Shown: positions 9,075 to 18,149, numbered from the stretch's first letter. The stretch is 24,000 bases of DNA from Gottschalkia acidurici 9a (GCF_000299355.1 NC_018664.1:655115-679114), one strand, 5' to 3'. Notes: generated from the letters alone by a model not told the origin. Program-made: numbers and translations.

Positions 9075-9244
9075 CTACTAAAACAGTTATGTTTGAGGTG
9101 TAGGAAACGTTGTATCCGAAGTTAAGCCCTCGGAGTGTTATATCAAACGAAAGTAGTAGGTTCTTAGAACTATAAAATCGGACATAATGAACAGGGAATT
9201 AAACAAGCTTTATAGAGTTTTATAAGGTTTTGGCAACGGGATAT
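9075..9244 (+). ncRNA. Candidate omegaRNA (reRNA) scaffold plus guide at the IS right end; the 5' boundary is unknown and may lie inside the tnpB 3' end
   Basis: There are 155 nt of non-coding DNA directly 3' of tnpB, where TnpB guide RNAs are encoded. Visible local stems include 9075-9103 (ctac/gtag plus aaac/gttt) and 9115-9134 (tccga..tcgga around agttaagccc). There is possible long-range pairing of ctacta (9075-9080) with tagtag (9153-9158). No covariance evidence is available. Confidence 0.35.
9209..9224. repeat. Right copy of the 16-bp imperfect inverted repeat flanking the IS
   Basis: TTTATAGAGTTTTATA is the reverse complement of 7389-7404 with one mismatch. Confidence 0.45.
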
Positions 9245-9247
9245 TTA

Positions 9248-10417
9248 ATGGAAACTAAAAAGAAAGAGTGCATAGCAATGATACTGGCAGGGGGACAAGG
9301 AAGTAGGCTAGGAACTCTAACTAAGAACTTAGCTAAACCAGCAGTACCATTTGGCGGTAAATATAGAATAATAGACTTTACACTTAGTAACTGCAGTAAT
9401 TCAGGAATTGATACAGTTGGAATCTTAACACAGTATCAGCCACTTATACTAAATAGTCATATAGGGATAGGTAGACCATGGGACTTAGATAGACGTAAAG
9501 AAGGTGTTACACTATTACCACCATATGTAGACGGTAAAGGTGGGGAGTGGTACAAGGGAACAGCGAATGCTATATATCAAAATATATATTATATAGATCA
9601 GATAAAACCTGAATATGTGATTGTATTATCTGGAGATCATATATACAAAATGAATTATTCAGAAATGATAAATTATCATAAGGAAAGTAATGCAGATGCT
9701 ACTATAAGTGTAATAGAGGTTCCTTTAGACGAAGCAAGTAGGTTCGGAATTATGAATACCGATAACAACGATAAAATATATGAATTTGAAGAAAAACCTA
9801 AAGAGCCTAAAAATAATTTAGCATCTATGGGAATATACATATTCAACTGGGATGTACTAAGGCAGTATCTAATAGAAGATGAAAATAACAGCAATTCAAG
9901 TCATGACTTTGGAAAAGATATAATACCTAAGATGGTTAGTGACGGAAAAGAAATCTATGCATATAGGTTCAAAGGATATTGGAAAGATGTCGGAACTATA
10001 GAAAGCTTCTGGGAAGCTAATATGGACTTACTATCTGAGATGCCTGAGTTGAGCTTATATGAAAGTAATTGGAAAATATACTCTGAGAACACAAACTACC
10101 CCCCAAGTCATATAGCCGTAGAGAGCGAAGTGAATAGTTCACTGATAAATGAAGGATGTTCAGTTTCAGGTAAAGTAAAAAACTCTATTCTTTTTCAGGG
10201 AGTTAGTATTGGAAGAAACTCTGTGATAAAGGATTCTTTAATATTTCCGAATGTAGAAATAGGTGATAACGTGACTATAGAGAAAGCTATAATAGGAGAA
10301 AATAGTAAAATTTATGATGGAAAGAAAATTGGACAAAAATACAATGACTATAAAGAGACTAGCTATGAAATATCACAAAGTGGAATATTAGTAATAGGAG
10401 AAAATAGTATCATATAG
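9248..10417 (+). CDS. glgC: Glucose-1-phosphate adenylyltransferase, catalytic subunit
   Basis: [41 protein letters not shown] is the canonical GlgC N-terminus. The ATG at 9248 is preferred over the track's TTG at 9230, which would reach into the IS right flank. The SD is only weak (GGGA 9238-9241). Confidence 0.92.
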   Translation: METKKKECIAMILAGGQGSRLGTLTKNLAKPAVPFGGKYRIIDFTLSNCSNSGIDTVGILTQYQPLILNSHIGIGRPWDLDRRKEGVTLLPPYVDGKGGEWYKGTANAIYQNIYYIDQIKPEYVIVLSGDHIYKMNYSEMINYHKESNADATISVIEVPLDEASRFGIMNTDNNDKIYEFEEKPKEPKNNLASMGIYIFNWDVLRQYLIEDENNSNSSHDFGKDIIPKMVSDGKEIYAYRFKGYWKDVGTIESFWEANMDLLSEMPELSLYESNWKIYSENTNYPPSHIAVESEVNSSLINEGCSVSGKVKNSILFQGVSIGRNSVIKDSLIFPNVEIGDNVTIEKAIIGENSKIYDGKKIGQKYNDYKETSYEISQSGILVIGENSII

Positions 10418-10443
10418 TGAGTCTAAATTGAGGGGGAAAAAGT

Positions 10444-11562
10444 GTGTATGATGTTCTAAGTATTATAAATAACACAAAAGAAGAAAAAAGACTAAATGAT
10501 ATTATAAAAGGAAGATCACTAGCAACAATACCATTTGGGGGAAGATACAGATTAGTGGATTTTCACTTATCAAATATGGTTAATTCAGGAATACAAAATG
10601 TGGGTATATTAGTCAGAAAGAACTATAGATCACTATTAGGACATGTTCGCTCACCTAAAGAGTGGGACTTAGATAGAAAAAAAGATGGAATTTTTATACT
10701 TCCACCAGATAATGAAAATCAAGAATGGGTTAATCTAAAAGGAGATTTAGAGGTATTACAAGGAAATATGGATTATTTAATAAGAAGTAAACAGCAATAC
10801 GTTCTTATAACGGGAGCTAATATAATATGCAATATAGACTATAGTAAAGCTGTAGAATTTCATAGAGAAAATAACAATGATATAACAGTTATATATAAGA
10901 AATTAGATGGAGACATAAATGATATATCTAGTTATACTCAAATTAAAATAGATAAAGATGAAAAGATAATGGATATGGAAGTAAACACTAATAAGATAAG
11001 TGGAGGAAATGTCTCATTAGAAATGTATATAATGAGCAAAGATTTGCTTATAGACATAGTATATGGATGCACAGGAAGAGGAGAGCATGATTTAGTTAAA
11101 GACGGTATAGTAAAGAATCTAAATAAATTAAAAGTTTATGGATATAGATTTGATGGATACTCCGCTAATATTAACTCAATACAAAGTTACTATCATCACA
11201 GCATGGAATTATTAGATGTTGGGATATGGAAAGAGCTTTTCTATAAGTCTGGATTAATATATACAAAGATGAAGGACTTAGCGCCAGCTAAATATGGAAA
11301 GTACTCCAATGTACATAATACTGTAGTGGCAAATGGATGTGTAATAGATGGAGAGGTGTCTAACAGTATAATGTTTAGAGAAGTAAAAATAGAAAAGGGT
11401 GGATCAATTAAGAACAGTATAATAATGCAAGGATGCAAAATAGAAGAAGGTGTTGTTTTAGAGAATGTAATAGTAGATAAAGATTGTTATATAAGTAAAA
11501 ATCAAAAAATCATTGGATGCTTAAATTATCCAATAGTGGTAGGAAAGAAAACTACAATATAA
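10444..11562 (+). CDS. glgD: Glucose-1-phosphate adenylyltransferase, GlgD (regulatory, non-catalytic) subunit
   Basis: 372 aa GlgC paralog lacking the GGxGxRL loop (has SLATIPFGGRYRLVDF). It sits immediately after glgC, as in Firmicutes glgCD pairs. GTG start follows GAGGGGG. Confidence 0.9.
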   Translation: MYDVLSIINNTKEEKRLNDIIKGRSLATIPFGGRYRLVDFHLSNMVNSGIQNVGILVRKNYRSLLGHVRSPKEWDLDRKKDGIFILPPDNENQEWVNLKGDLEVLQGNMDYLIRSKQQYVLITGANIICNIDYSKAVEFHRENNNDITVIYKKLDGDINDISSYTQIKIDKDEKIMDMEVNTNKISGGNVSLEMYIMSKDLLIDIVYGCTGRGEHDLVKDGIVKNLNKLKVYGYRFDGYSANINSIQSYYHHSMELLDVGIWKELFYKSGLIYTKMKDLAPAKYGKYSNVHNTVVANGCVIDGEVSNSIMFREVKIEKGGSIKNSIIMQGCKIEEGVVLENVIVDKDCYISKNQKIIGCLNYPIVVGKKTTI

Positions 11563-11593
11563 ATACTAATATGAAAAGAGGAGTGTATGATAA

Positions 11594-13030
11594 TTGAAAG
11601 TTCTAATCGTTGCATCAGAATCCGTCCCCTTTATTAAGACAGGAGGGCTAGCAGATGTTATTGGATCACTACCTAAAGCACTTAAAGATAAGAATATAGA
11701 TGTTAGGGTAATGCTACCTTTGTATAAGGATATAATTTTTAAATATGGGGAAAAATTAAAATACAAAACTAATAAAAATGTACAACTTTCATGGAGAAGT
11801 CAATATTGTGGAATATTTGAGATGGAATATGATGGTGTTATATTCTACTTTATAGATAATGAATACTATTTCAAAAGAGATGGTGTATATGGATATTATG
11901 ATGATGCTGAAAGGTTTGCATTCTATAGCAAGGCAGTTTTAGATGTATTACCTATATTAGACTTTAAACCAGATATATTACACTGTCATGATTGGCATAC
12001 TGGGCTTGTAAGTGTGTTCTTAAAAACTCATTATATGCATAATGACTTTTATAAAAATATGAAAACACTTTTTACTATACACAACTTACACTATCAAGGA
12101 GTGTTTTCAAAAGATATACTAAGGGATATTTTAGACTTGGGAGAAGAGAACTTTACAATAGAAACACTAGAATATAGTGGAGCAGTTAACTGTATGAAAG
12201 GCGGAATAGTATTTTCTGACTTAATAAGTACTGTTAGTAAAACTTATGCTAAAGAAATAACTTACCCTTACTTTGGAGAAGGACTAGATGGAATACTAAG
12301 AAAGCGTGAAGGAGACTTAAGGGGAATAGTTAATGGTATAGACGAGAAGCTATACGATCCTCAGAATGATCCATATATCTACCATAATTATAATCTTGAA
12401 ACAATAGAGAATAAAGTCAAAAACAAGTTGAAACTTCAAGAGGAACTATCTCTTAATTTAAATGAAAACACACCGATTATTAGCATAGTGTCTAGACTAG
12501 TTGACATAAAGGGAATGGATTTAGTCATACATGTTATAGAGGAGATAATGAATACACTAGATGTACAGATAGTTATATTAGGGACAGGGGATAAAGTCTA
12601 TGAAGATACTTTTAAATATATGGAGTATAAATATAGTGGCAGGATATCAGCAAACATAATGTTTAATAATGAACTTGCAAATAAGGTATATGCATCATCT
12701 GACATGCTTTTGATGCCTTCAAGACTTGAACCTTGTGGGCTAAGTCAACTTATAGCCTTAAGATATGGGACTATACCTATTGTAAGAGAAACAGGTGGAC
12801 TTAATGATACAGTAAAGTTTTTTAATAAAGCTACAGGAGAAGGGAACGGTTTTACGTTTAAAAACTTTAATGCTCATGATATGTTATTTACTATAAAGAA
12901 AGCTATAGATACTTATAGAAACGAAGATATGTGGAATAAGATAATAAGTAATGCTATGAAAGAGGATTATAGTTGGGATAATTCAGCACTTGAATATATA
13001 GAGCTATACAACAAATTAGCTGTAAAATAA
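11594..13030 (+). CDS. glgA: Glycogen synthase (ADP-glucose type)
   Basis: MKVLIVASESVPFIKTGGLADV is the hallmark N-terminus. 478 aa. TTG start follows GAGGAG. Confidence 0.95.
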   Translation: MKVLIVASESVPFIKTGGLADVIGSLPKALKDKNIDVRVMLPLYKDIIFKYGEKLKYKTNKNVQLSWRSQYCGIFEMEYDGVIFYFIDNEYYFKRDGVYGYYDDAERFAFYSKAVLDVLPILDFKPDILHCHDWHTGLVSVFLKTHYMHNDFYKNMKTLFTIHNLHYQGVFSKDILRDILDLGEENFTIETLEYSGAVNCMKGGIVFSDLISTVSKTYAKEITYPYFGEGLDGILRKREGDLRGIVNGIDEKLYDPQNDPYIYHNYNLETIENKVKNKLKLQEELSLNLNENTPIISIVSRLVDIKGMDLVIHVIEEIMNTLDVQIVILGTGDKVYEDTFKYMEYKYSGRISANIMFNNELANKVYASSDMLLMPSRLEPCGLSQLIALRYGTIPIVRETGGLNDTVKFFNKATGEGNGFTFKNFNAHDMLFTIKKAIDTYRNEDMWNKIISNAMKEDYSWDNSALEYIELYNKLAVK

Positions 13031-13042
13031 GGAGTGTGTTTA

Positions 13043-15466
13043 ATGTTAAGAAGTAAAGAGAAGTTTAAAGAAATATTCGTAGATAGGATAGAAACAATAT
13101 ATGGAATATCTTTAGAGGAGTCGTCAGATTTAGAACAATACACTGCACTATCAAGCATGATAAAAGACTATATTCACAGAAACTGGGTTCAAACACATAA
13201 GAGATATAATGATGCTAAAGCTAAGCAAGTATATTATCTTTCTATAGAGTTTTTGCCAGGAAAACAGCTAGGAACTAATCTACTAAATTTAGGGCTTACA
13301 GATATATGTAAAGAAGCATTATCAGACTTAAATATAAGCTTAGAAGAGCTTGAAAGTATAGAAAATGATCCTGGTATAGGGAATGGTGGACTTGGAAGAC
13401 TTGGATCTTGTTTCCTAGAGTCAATGGCATCATCTAATCTACCAGGACATGGATGTACTATTAGATATGAGCATGGTCTTTTTAGACAAAAGATAATTGG
13501 AGAAGATCAAGTTGAAGTAATAGACGATTGGATTGAGAATGGCAATGTATGGGAAGTAAGAAAACCTAACAGAGCTGTAGAAGTGAAATTTGGTGGAAAT
13601 GTAAAAATGGATAATGTGGATGGAAGAACGGTATTTATACATGAAAATTATGATACTGTTTTAGCAGTGCCTCATGATATGCCAGTTATAGGATACAACA
13701 ACAATACTGTAAATACACTAAGGTTATTTAGTGCAGAAGTAAAAGAAGAAGTAGACTATACACTTTTAAGCGGAGATGAAACAAGAAAGTCACTAGAATA
13801 TGAAGTAGCAGTAAAGAAAATATCAGAGTCTCTATATCCTAATGATGAAAGTCACGAGGGGAAAGTTCTTAGACTTAAACAACAGTATTTTTTAGTATCT
13901 GCAGGACTACAAACTATAATTAAAAGATATAGAAGAAAAGGTGGAGCAATAAGAAATTTCTATAAAGATATAGCAATTCATATAAATGATACACATCCAT
14001 CTTTAGCTATTCCAGAACTTATGAGAATATTCCTGGATGAATACAAATTAGGTTGGGATGAAGCTTGGGGAATTGTGACTAAAACTATATCTTATACTAA
14101 TCACACTATAATGCCAGAAGCGTTAGAAAAGTGGAGTATAGATATGTTCAAAGGATTACTTCCTAGAATATATATGATAGTAGAAGAAATAAATAGAAGA
14201 TTTAACTTAGAACTTGAAAGAAAGTATGGGCAAGATGAAAACAAGAAAAGAGAAATGTCAATATTGTATCATGGGCAAGTACATATGGCTAATCTTGCAA
14301 TAATCGGCAGTCATAGCGTAAATGGGGTTGCTAAGGTTCATACAGAGATACTAAAAAATCAAGTTATGAAGAATTTCTATGAGTTTTATCCTGAAAAGTT
14401 CAATAATAAAACAAACGGAATAACACATAGAACTTGGCTGTTAAAAGCTAATCCAAGTTTATCTAAATTAATTACAAGTGCAATAGGGGATACTTGGATA
14501 ACTAAACCATCTCACCTTACGGATCTTTTAAGGTTTAAAGAAGATAACTCTTTTAAAGAACAAGTAATGAAGAGTAAAAAAGAAAATAAAGAGTTATTAC
14601 AAAAGATAATAGAAGATAAGCATGGAATAAGTATAGATACTAATTCTATAATCGATGTTCAAGTAAAGCGAATACATGAATATAAGAGACAGCTATTAAA
14701 TGTACTTCACATACTAGATCTTTACTATAGATTAAAAGATAATCCTAAGTTAGATATATATCCTCGTACATTTATATTTGGAGGTAAAGCTGCACCTGGT
14801 TACTTTATGGCTAAGAGAGTTATAAACCTTATAAATTCAGTAGGTAAGATAGTAAATAATGATAAAAGCTTAAATGATAAAATAAAAGTTATATATTTAG
14901 AGGGATATAGAGCATCTCTTGCTGAGAGAATATTTCCAGCCACTGATGTTAGTGAACAAATATCTACAGCCAGTAAAGAAGCATCAGGTACTGGAAATAT
15001 GAAGTTTATGCTAAATGGTGCACTTACTATAGGAACGTTAGATGGAGCTAATATTGAAATAAGAAATGCAGTAGGAGATGAAAATTTCTTCAAATTTGGT
15101 TTAACTGTACAAGAGGTTCTGAAGTATTATGCAGATGGAGGATATAACTCTAGAGAGATATATGATAGAAACTTTAGAATAAAGAGAATATTAAACAGCT
15201 TAGTAGACGGAAGTATATTTGGAACGAAAGACAGATTTAGATGTATATATGATTCACTACTATATCATAATGACCAATACTTTGTGCTTAAGGACTTTGA
15301 AGAGTATGTAAGAACTCAGAATAAAGTAGAACAAAAATTTAAGGATAAAAACAGTTGGGCGGAATCTTGTATAGTCAATATAGCTAATGCAGGTATATTC
15401 TCTAGTGATAGAACTATTAAAGAATATGCTGAAGAGATTTGGAATATAGAAGAGGTACTAAAATAA
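13043..15466 (+). CDS. glgP: Glycogen/maltodextrin phosphorylase
   Basis: About 807 aa of GT35 pattern, including the pyridoxal-phosphate site EASGTGNMKFMLNGALTIGTLDGANIE. The ATG at 13043 (GGAG 8 nt upstream) is preferred over the track start at 13034. Confidence 0.95.
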   Translation: MLRSKEKFKEIFVDRIETIYGISLEESSDLEQYTALSSMIKDYIHRNWVQTHKRYNDAKAKQVYYLSIEFLPGKQLGTNLLNLGLTDICKEALSDLNISLEELESIENDPGIGNGGLGRLGSCFLESMASSNLPGHGCTIRYEHGLFRQKIIGEDQVEVIDDWIENGNVWEVRKPNRAVEVKFGGNVKMDNVDGRTVFIHENYDTVLAVPHDMPVIGYNNNTVNTLRLFSAEVKEEVDYTLLSGDETRKSLEYEVAVKKISESLYPNDESHEGKVLRLKQQYFLVSAGLQTIIKRYRRKGGAIRNFYKDIAIHINDTHPSLAIPELMRIFLDEYKLGWDEAWGIVTKTISYTNHTIMPEALEKWSIDMFKGLLPRIYMIVEEINRRFNLELERKYGQDENKKREMSILYHGQVHMANLAIIGSHSVNGVAKVHTEILKNQVMKNFYEFYPEKFNNKTNGITHRTWLLKANPSLSKLITSAIGDTWITKPSHLTDLLRFKEDNSFKEQVMKSKKENKELLQKIIEDKHGISIDTNSIIDVQVKRIHEYKRQLLNVLHILDLYYRLKDNPKLDIYPRTFIFGGKAAPGYFMAKRVINLINSVGKIVNNDKSLNDKIKVIYLEGYRASLAERIFPATDVSEQISTASKEASGTGNMKFMLNGALTIGTLDGANIEIRNAVGDENFFKFGLTVQEVLKYYADGGYNSREIYDRNFRIKRILNSLVDGSIFGTKDRFRCIYDSLLYHNDQYFVLKDFEEYVRTQNKVEQKFKDKNSWAESCIVNIANAGIFSSDRTIKEYAEEIWNIEEVLK

Positions 15467-17409
15467 TGTTAGACATATTTCATAATTCTCACGACTTATT
15501 CTACAGAAGTCCATTTGGAGCGGTGGAATGTGGAAGTAGTATAAATATAAAAATAAAGATAAATAAAACATACAATATAGAAGAATTAAACTTGAATATA
15601 TCAAATGATGGTGGAGACAAAACTGAAGTAGGTATGAAGTTAGAAACTACTGAAGGCGGCTTTAATATATACGCATGTGATATAAATATAAGAGAGATAA
15701 CAGGATTACTGTGGTATTACTTTTCCATAAAAAGAGACGGAAACACTTATTATTATGGAAACAATAAAAACTCATTAGGGGGAATAGGAGCAATATACAG
15801 CTCTATTCCTCCTTCTTATCAAATAACAGTATATAAAAAACAAAATAGTACACCTAACTGGTTTAAAGATGGGGTAATATATCAAATATTTCCGGACAGA
15901 TTCTATAACGGAAATGAGGACGGAAAACTATTGAAACCATCTAGAGATATGATAGTACGTTCAGACTGGAACGATACTCCATCGTATATTAGAGATAATG
16001 AAGGCAGGGTAACATATTTTGACTACTTTGGAGGCAATTTATTAGGGATAATAAAAAAGTTGGATTACTTAAAAGAGCTAGGTGTAAACATAATTTATTT
16101 AAATCCTATATTTGATGCAGCTAGTAATCATAAATACGACACAGGGGACTATAAAAAAATTGATCAGATGTTTGGAGATGAAGAAACATTTATTGAACTT
16201 TGTAAAACGGCAGAAGAAAAAGGAATAAGTATAATACTAGACGGTGTATTTAGCCATACAGGTAGTGACAGTATCTATTTTAATAAAGAAAACAGATATA
16301 ATTCACTAGGCGCTTACCAATCTAAAGAATCGGAATATTATAGTTGGTACAGATTCGAGGAATATCCTAACAAGTATGAATCTTGGTGGGGAGTAGATGT
16401 ACTTCCAAATGTAAATGAATTAGATATAGGATACCAGAATTATATAATAAACAATGATGACAGTGTTTTAAATAAGTGGATGAATTGTGGAATTAAAGGG
16501 TGGAGGCTAGATGTAGCAGATGAACTTCCAGCAGAATTCATAAAGAATTTTAAAGGAAAGCTAAGGGAGATAAATGATGAATCTATTTTAATAGGAGAGG
16601 TCTGGGAAGATGCATCAAATAAAATCAGTTATGGAGAAAGACGGGAATATCTACTTGGTGATGAACTAGATTCTGTTATGAATTATCCATTTAGAGACAT
16701 ATTTATTAACTTTATAATGGGTAATATAGACTCATATGATGTTCACTCTAAAATAATGAGTATTTATGAAAACTATCCGATTCACCACTTCTATTCTATG
16801 ATGAATTTAGTAGGAACTCATGACTCACCTCGCATATTAACTATATTAGGAGAATCACCTAATGAACATGATATTTCACAAGAAGAAAAGGAACGATTTA
16901 AATTAAACACGGAAAATAGAAAGTTAGCCATATCGAGACTAAAGTTAATAACATTAGTTCAGATGACATTTCCAGGAGTTCCGTCAATATATTATGGAGA
17001 TGAAGCTGGGGTAGAAGGTTACACAGATCCATTAAATAGAAGAACTTATCCATGGGGAAATGAGGATAAAGAGATATTAGATTGGTATAAGAGAATAACA
17101 TCCCTTAGAAACAATAACGATATATTTAAAACTGGAAGTTTTAAATCGTTAAATCTGAACAAAGATGTGTATGGATATATAAGAGAGATAAAAAACTCTA
17201 CAGATACCTTTGAACAGAAAAAAGAAGATAATCTAAGCATAATACTTATAAATAGAAGTAAAGAAGAAGTAGAAGTAAATATAGATGTAAGGGATTATAA
17301 GATAGAAAATATGAATAGTATTCTAGACGATAAAAATATAAGAACTATATCTGAAAATATATGTGTGAATGTTCCGCCTCTAGAAAGTATTATTCTACTC
17401 AAAGTATAA
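15466..17409 (+). CDS. GH13 alpha-glycosidase (neopullulanase/cyclomaltodextrinase-like) with an N-terminal beta domain
   Basis: GH13 conserved regions are present: DGVFSHTG (I), GWRLDVADE (II), IGEVWED (III) and LVGTHDSPR (IV). The ATG at 15466 overlaps the glgP stop (TAATG) and has GAGGT upstream. The track start at 15439 lies inside glgP. Confidence 0.88.
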   Translation: MLDIFHNSHDLFYRSPFGAVECGSSINIKIKINKTYNIEELNLNISNDGGDKTEVGMKLETTEGGFNIYACDINIREITGLLWYYFSIKRDGNTYYYGNNKNSLGGIGAIYSSIPPSYQITVYKKQNSTPNWFKDGVIYQIFPDRFYNGNEDGKLLKPSRDMIVRSDWNDTPSYIRDNEGRVTYFDYFGGNLLGIIKKLDYLKELGVNIIYLNPIFDAASNHKYDTGDYKKIDQMFGDEETFIELCKTAEEKGISIILDGVFSHTGSDSIYFNKENRYNSLGAYQSKESEYYSWYRFEEYPNKYESWWGVDVLPNVNELDIGYQNYIINNDDSVLNKWMNCGIKGWRLDVADELPAEFIKNFKGKLREINDESILIGEVWEDASNKISYGERREYLLGDELDSVMNYPFRDIFINFIMGNIDSYDVHSKIMSIYENYPIHHFYSMMNLVGTHDSPRILTILGESPNEHDISQEEKERFKLNTENRKLAISRLKLITLVQMTFPGVPSIYYGDEAGVEGYTDPLNRRTYPWGNEDKEILDWYKRITSLRNNNDIFKTGSFKSLNLNKDVYGYIREIKNSTDTFEQKKEDNLSIILINRSKEEVEVNIDVRDYKIENMNSILDDKNIRTISENICVNVPPLESIILLKV

Positions 17410-17709
17410 AGAATAAGAAATATAGTTTAGGAAATTAAATAGTAGCTATAGTATTTTATGCAGCACTCTTATGGAAACATATAATATGGATTACTTTATA
17501 TATAATTATTAATTTTATAGTAATTTATATATGAAATATAATCTGATTATAGAGGGATATATATAATTACGAAAGTAGTAAAAGTAAAAATTAATGAAGT
17601 TAAAAGAGCAGTTAGAAATTCTGAGGGGCAAGCTATATGAACAGATGTAAAGTACACAATAGTTAGAAATTGATAACTTAAGGGTTTTTCTTTATATTCT
17701 CTTAAAAAA

Positions 17710-17745
17710 GAAAAGACCTAAAAACAAATGGTCTTTTCTTTTTAA
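17710..17745. terminator. Bidirectional rho-independent terminator
   Basis: gaaaagacc (17710-17718) pairs with ggtcttttc (17730-17738). It is flanked by an A-run upstream and a T-run downstream, so it can serve both the glg operon (+) and the 130-aa gene (-). Confidence 0.65.
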
Positions 17746-17756
17746 ATATTCGCTTG

Positions 17757-18149
17757 CTAACTCTTATCATCTTTAAAATCTTCATGTATAAAGTCAATTA
17801 CCTTTATACCATGAACATCTTGTTGTATAGTAACTGTTTCTATTCCATATGGAGGATTGTGAGCCCCTTGAAAAGTTTTAACTTGAACTATTATTTTAAA
17901 GTAATATAACCCTTGTTCTAATCTTTCTAAAGACAAGACTTTTGCATCCCATAAGTCAAAACTCTTGCTATATCCATAGTATTCAGTAATAGAGTCCGCT
18001 ATATATGATGAAAGAAAAGTTAGTAGGAAGTCTTTATAAAGATTCTCTTTAGATTCATCACTAAGACTGCTAGAGCTAAAGCTAAAGGAACTAAAAACAA
18101 TGACTATACAAAGGGTTATTAAGAGAACTTTACTGGATTTGTTGATCAT
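17757..18149 (-). CDS. Small secreted or membrane-anchored protein of unknown function (possibly DUF3888-like, from memory and unverified)
   Basis: 130 aa with an N-terminal signal/anchor MINKSSKVLLITLCIVIVFSSFSFS. SD aggag-like (aaggagtttg) precedes the start, and the terminator lies directly downstream. Confidence 0.7.
   Translation of the reverse strand: MINKSSKVLLITLCIVIVFSSFSFSSSSLSDESKENLYKDFLLTFLSSYIADSITEYYGYSKSFDLWDAKVLSLERLEQGLYYFKIIVQVKTFQGAHNPPYGIETVTIQQDVHGIKVIDFIHEDFKDDKS

Larger units (their letters stand above)
7389..9224 (+). mobile_element. IS607-family insertion sequence (decayed serine-recombinase tnpA plus intact tnpB) inserted between glgB and glgC
   Basis: The gene pair (MerR-HTH/serine-recombinase remnant overlapping a TnpB/OrfB gene) is the IS607 architecture. 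The ends are provisional and were set at a 15/16 inverted repeat (7389-7404 and 9209-9224). Confidence 0.7.

Noticed and set aside
7370-9247. The possibility that the element is an IStron (group I intron fused to an IS, as described in clostridia), which would make a sense-oriented insertion harmless
   Set aside because: Only about 60 nt separate the putative left end from the tnpA remnant. That leaves no room for a group I intron core of several hundred nt, and I could not see P/Q/R/S-like conserved intron elements. An Rfam Intron_gpI scan would settle the question.
9676-17240. Minus-strand ORFs of 63-97 aa inside glgC, glgD, glgA, glgP and the GH13 gene (9676..9894, 11241..11438, 11566..11766, 12967..13158, 13439..13642, 14800..15093, 16898..17101, 17046..17240)
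   Set aside because: All are antisense shadows within strongly recognised genes. Their sequences are hydrophobic and low-complexity, and none has a plausible start context.
17594-17650. An 18-codon ORF (MKLKEQLEILRGKLYEQM) as a real gene or Spo0E-like phosphatase
   Set aside because: It has no SD, is far too short for the family, and the resemblance is only heptad-like Leu/Glu spacing. It is kept only as a note within the finding on the non-coding tail.
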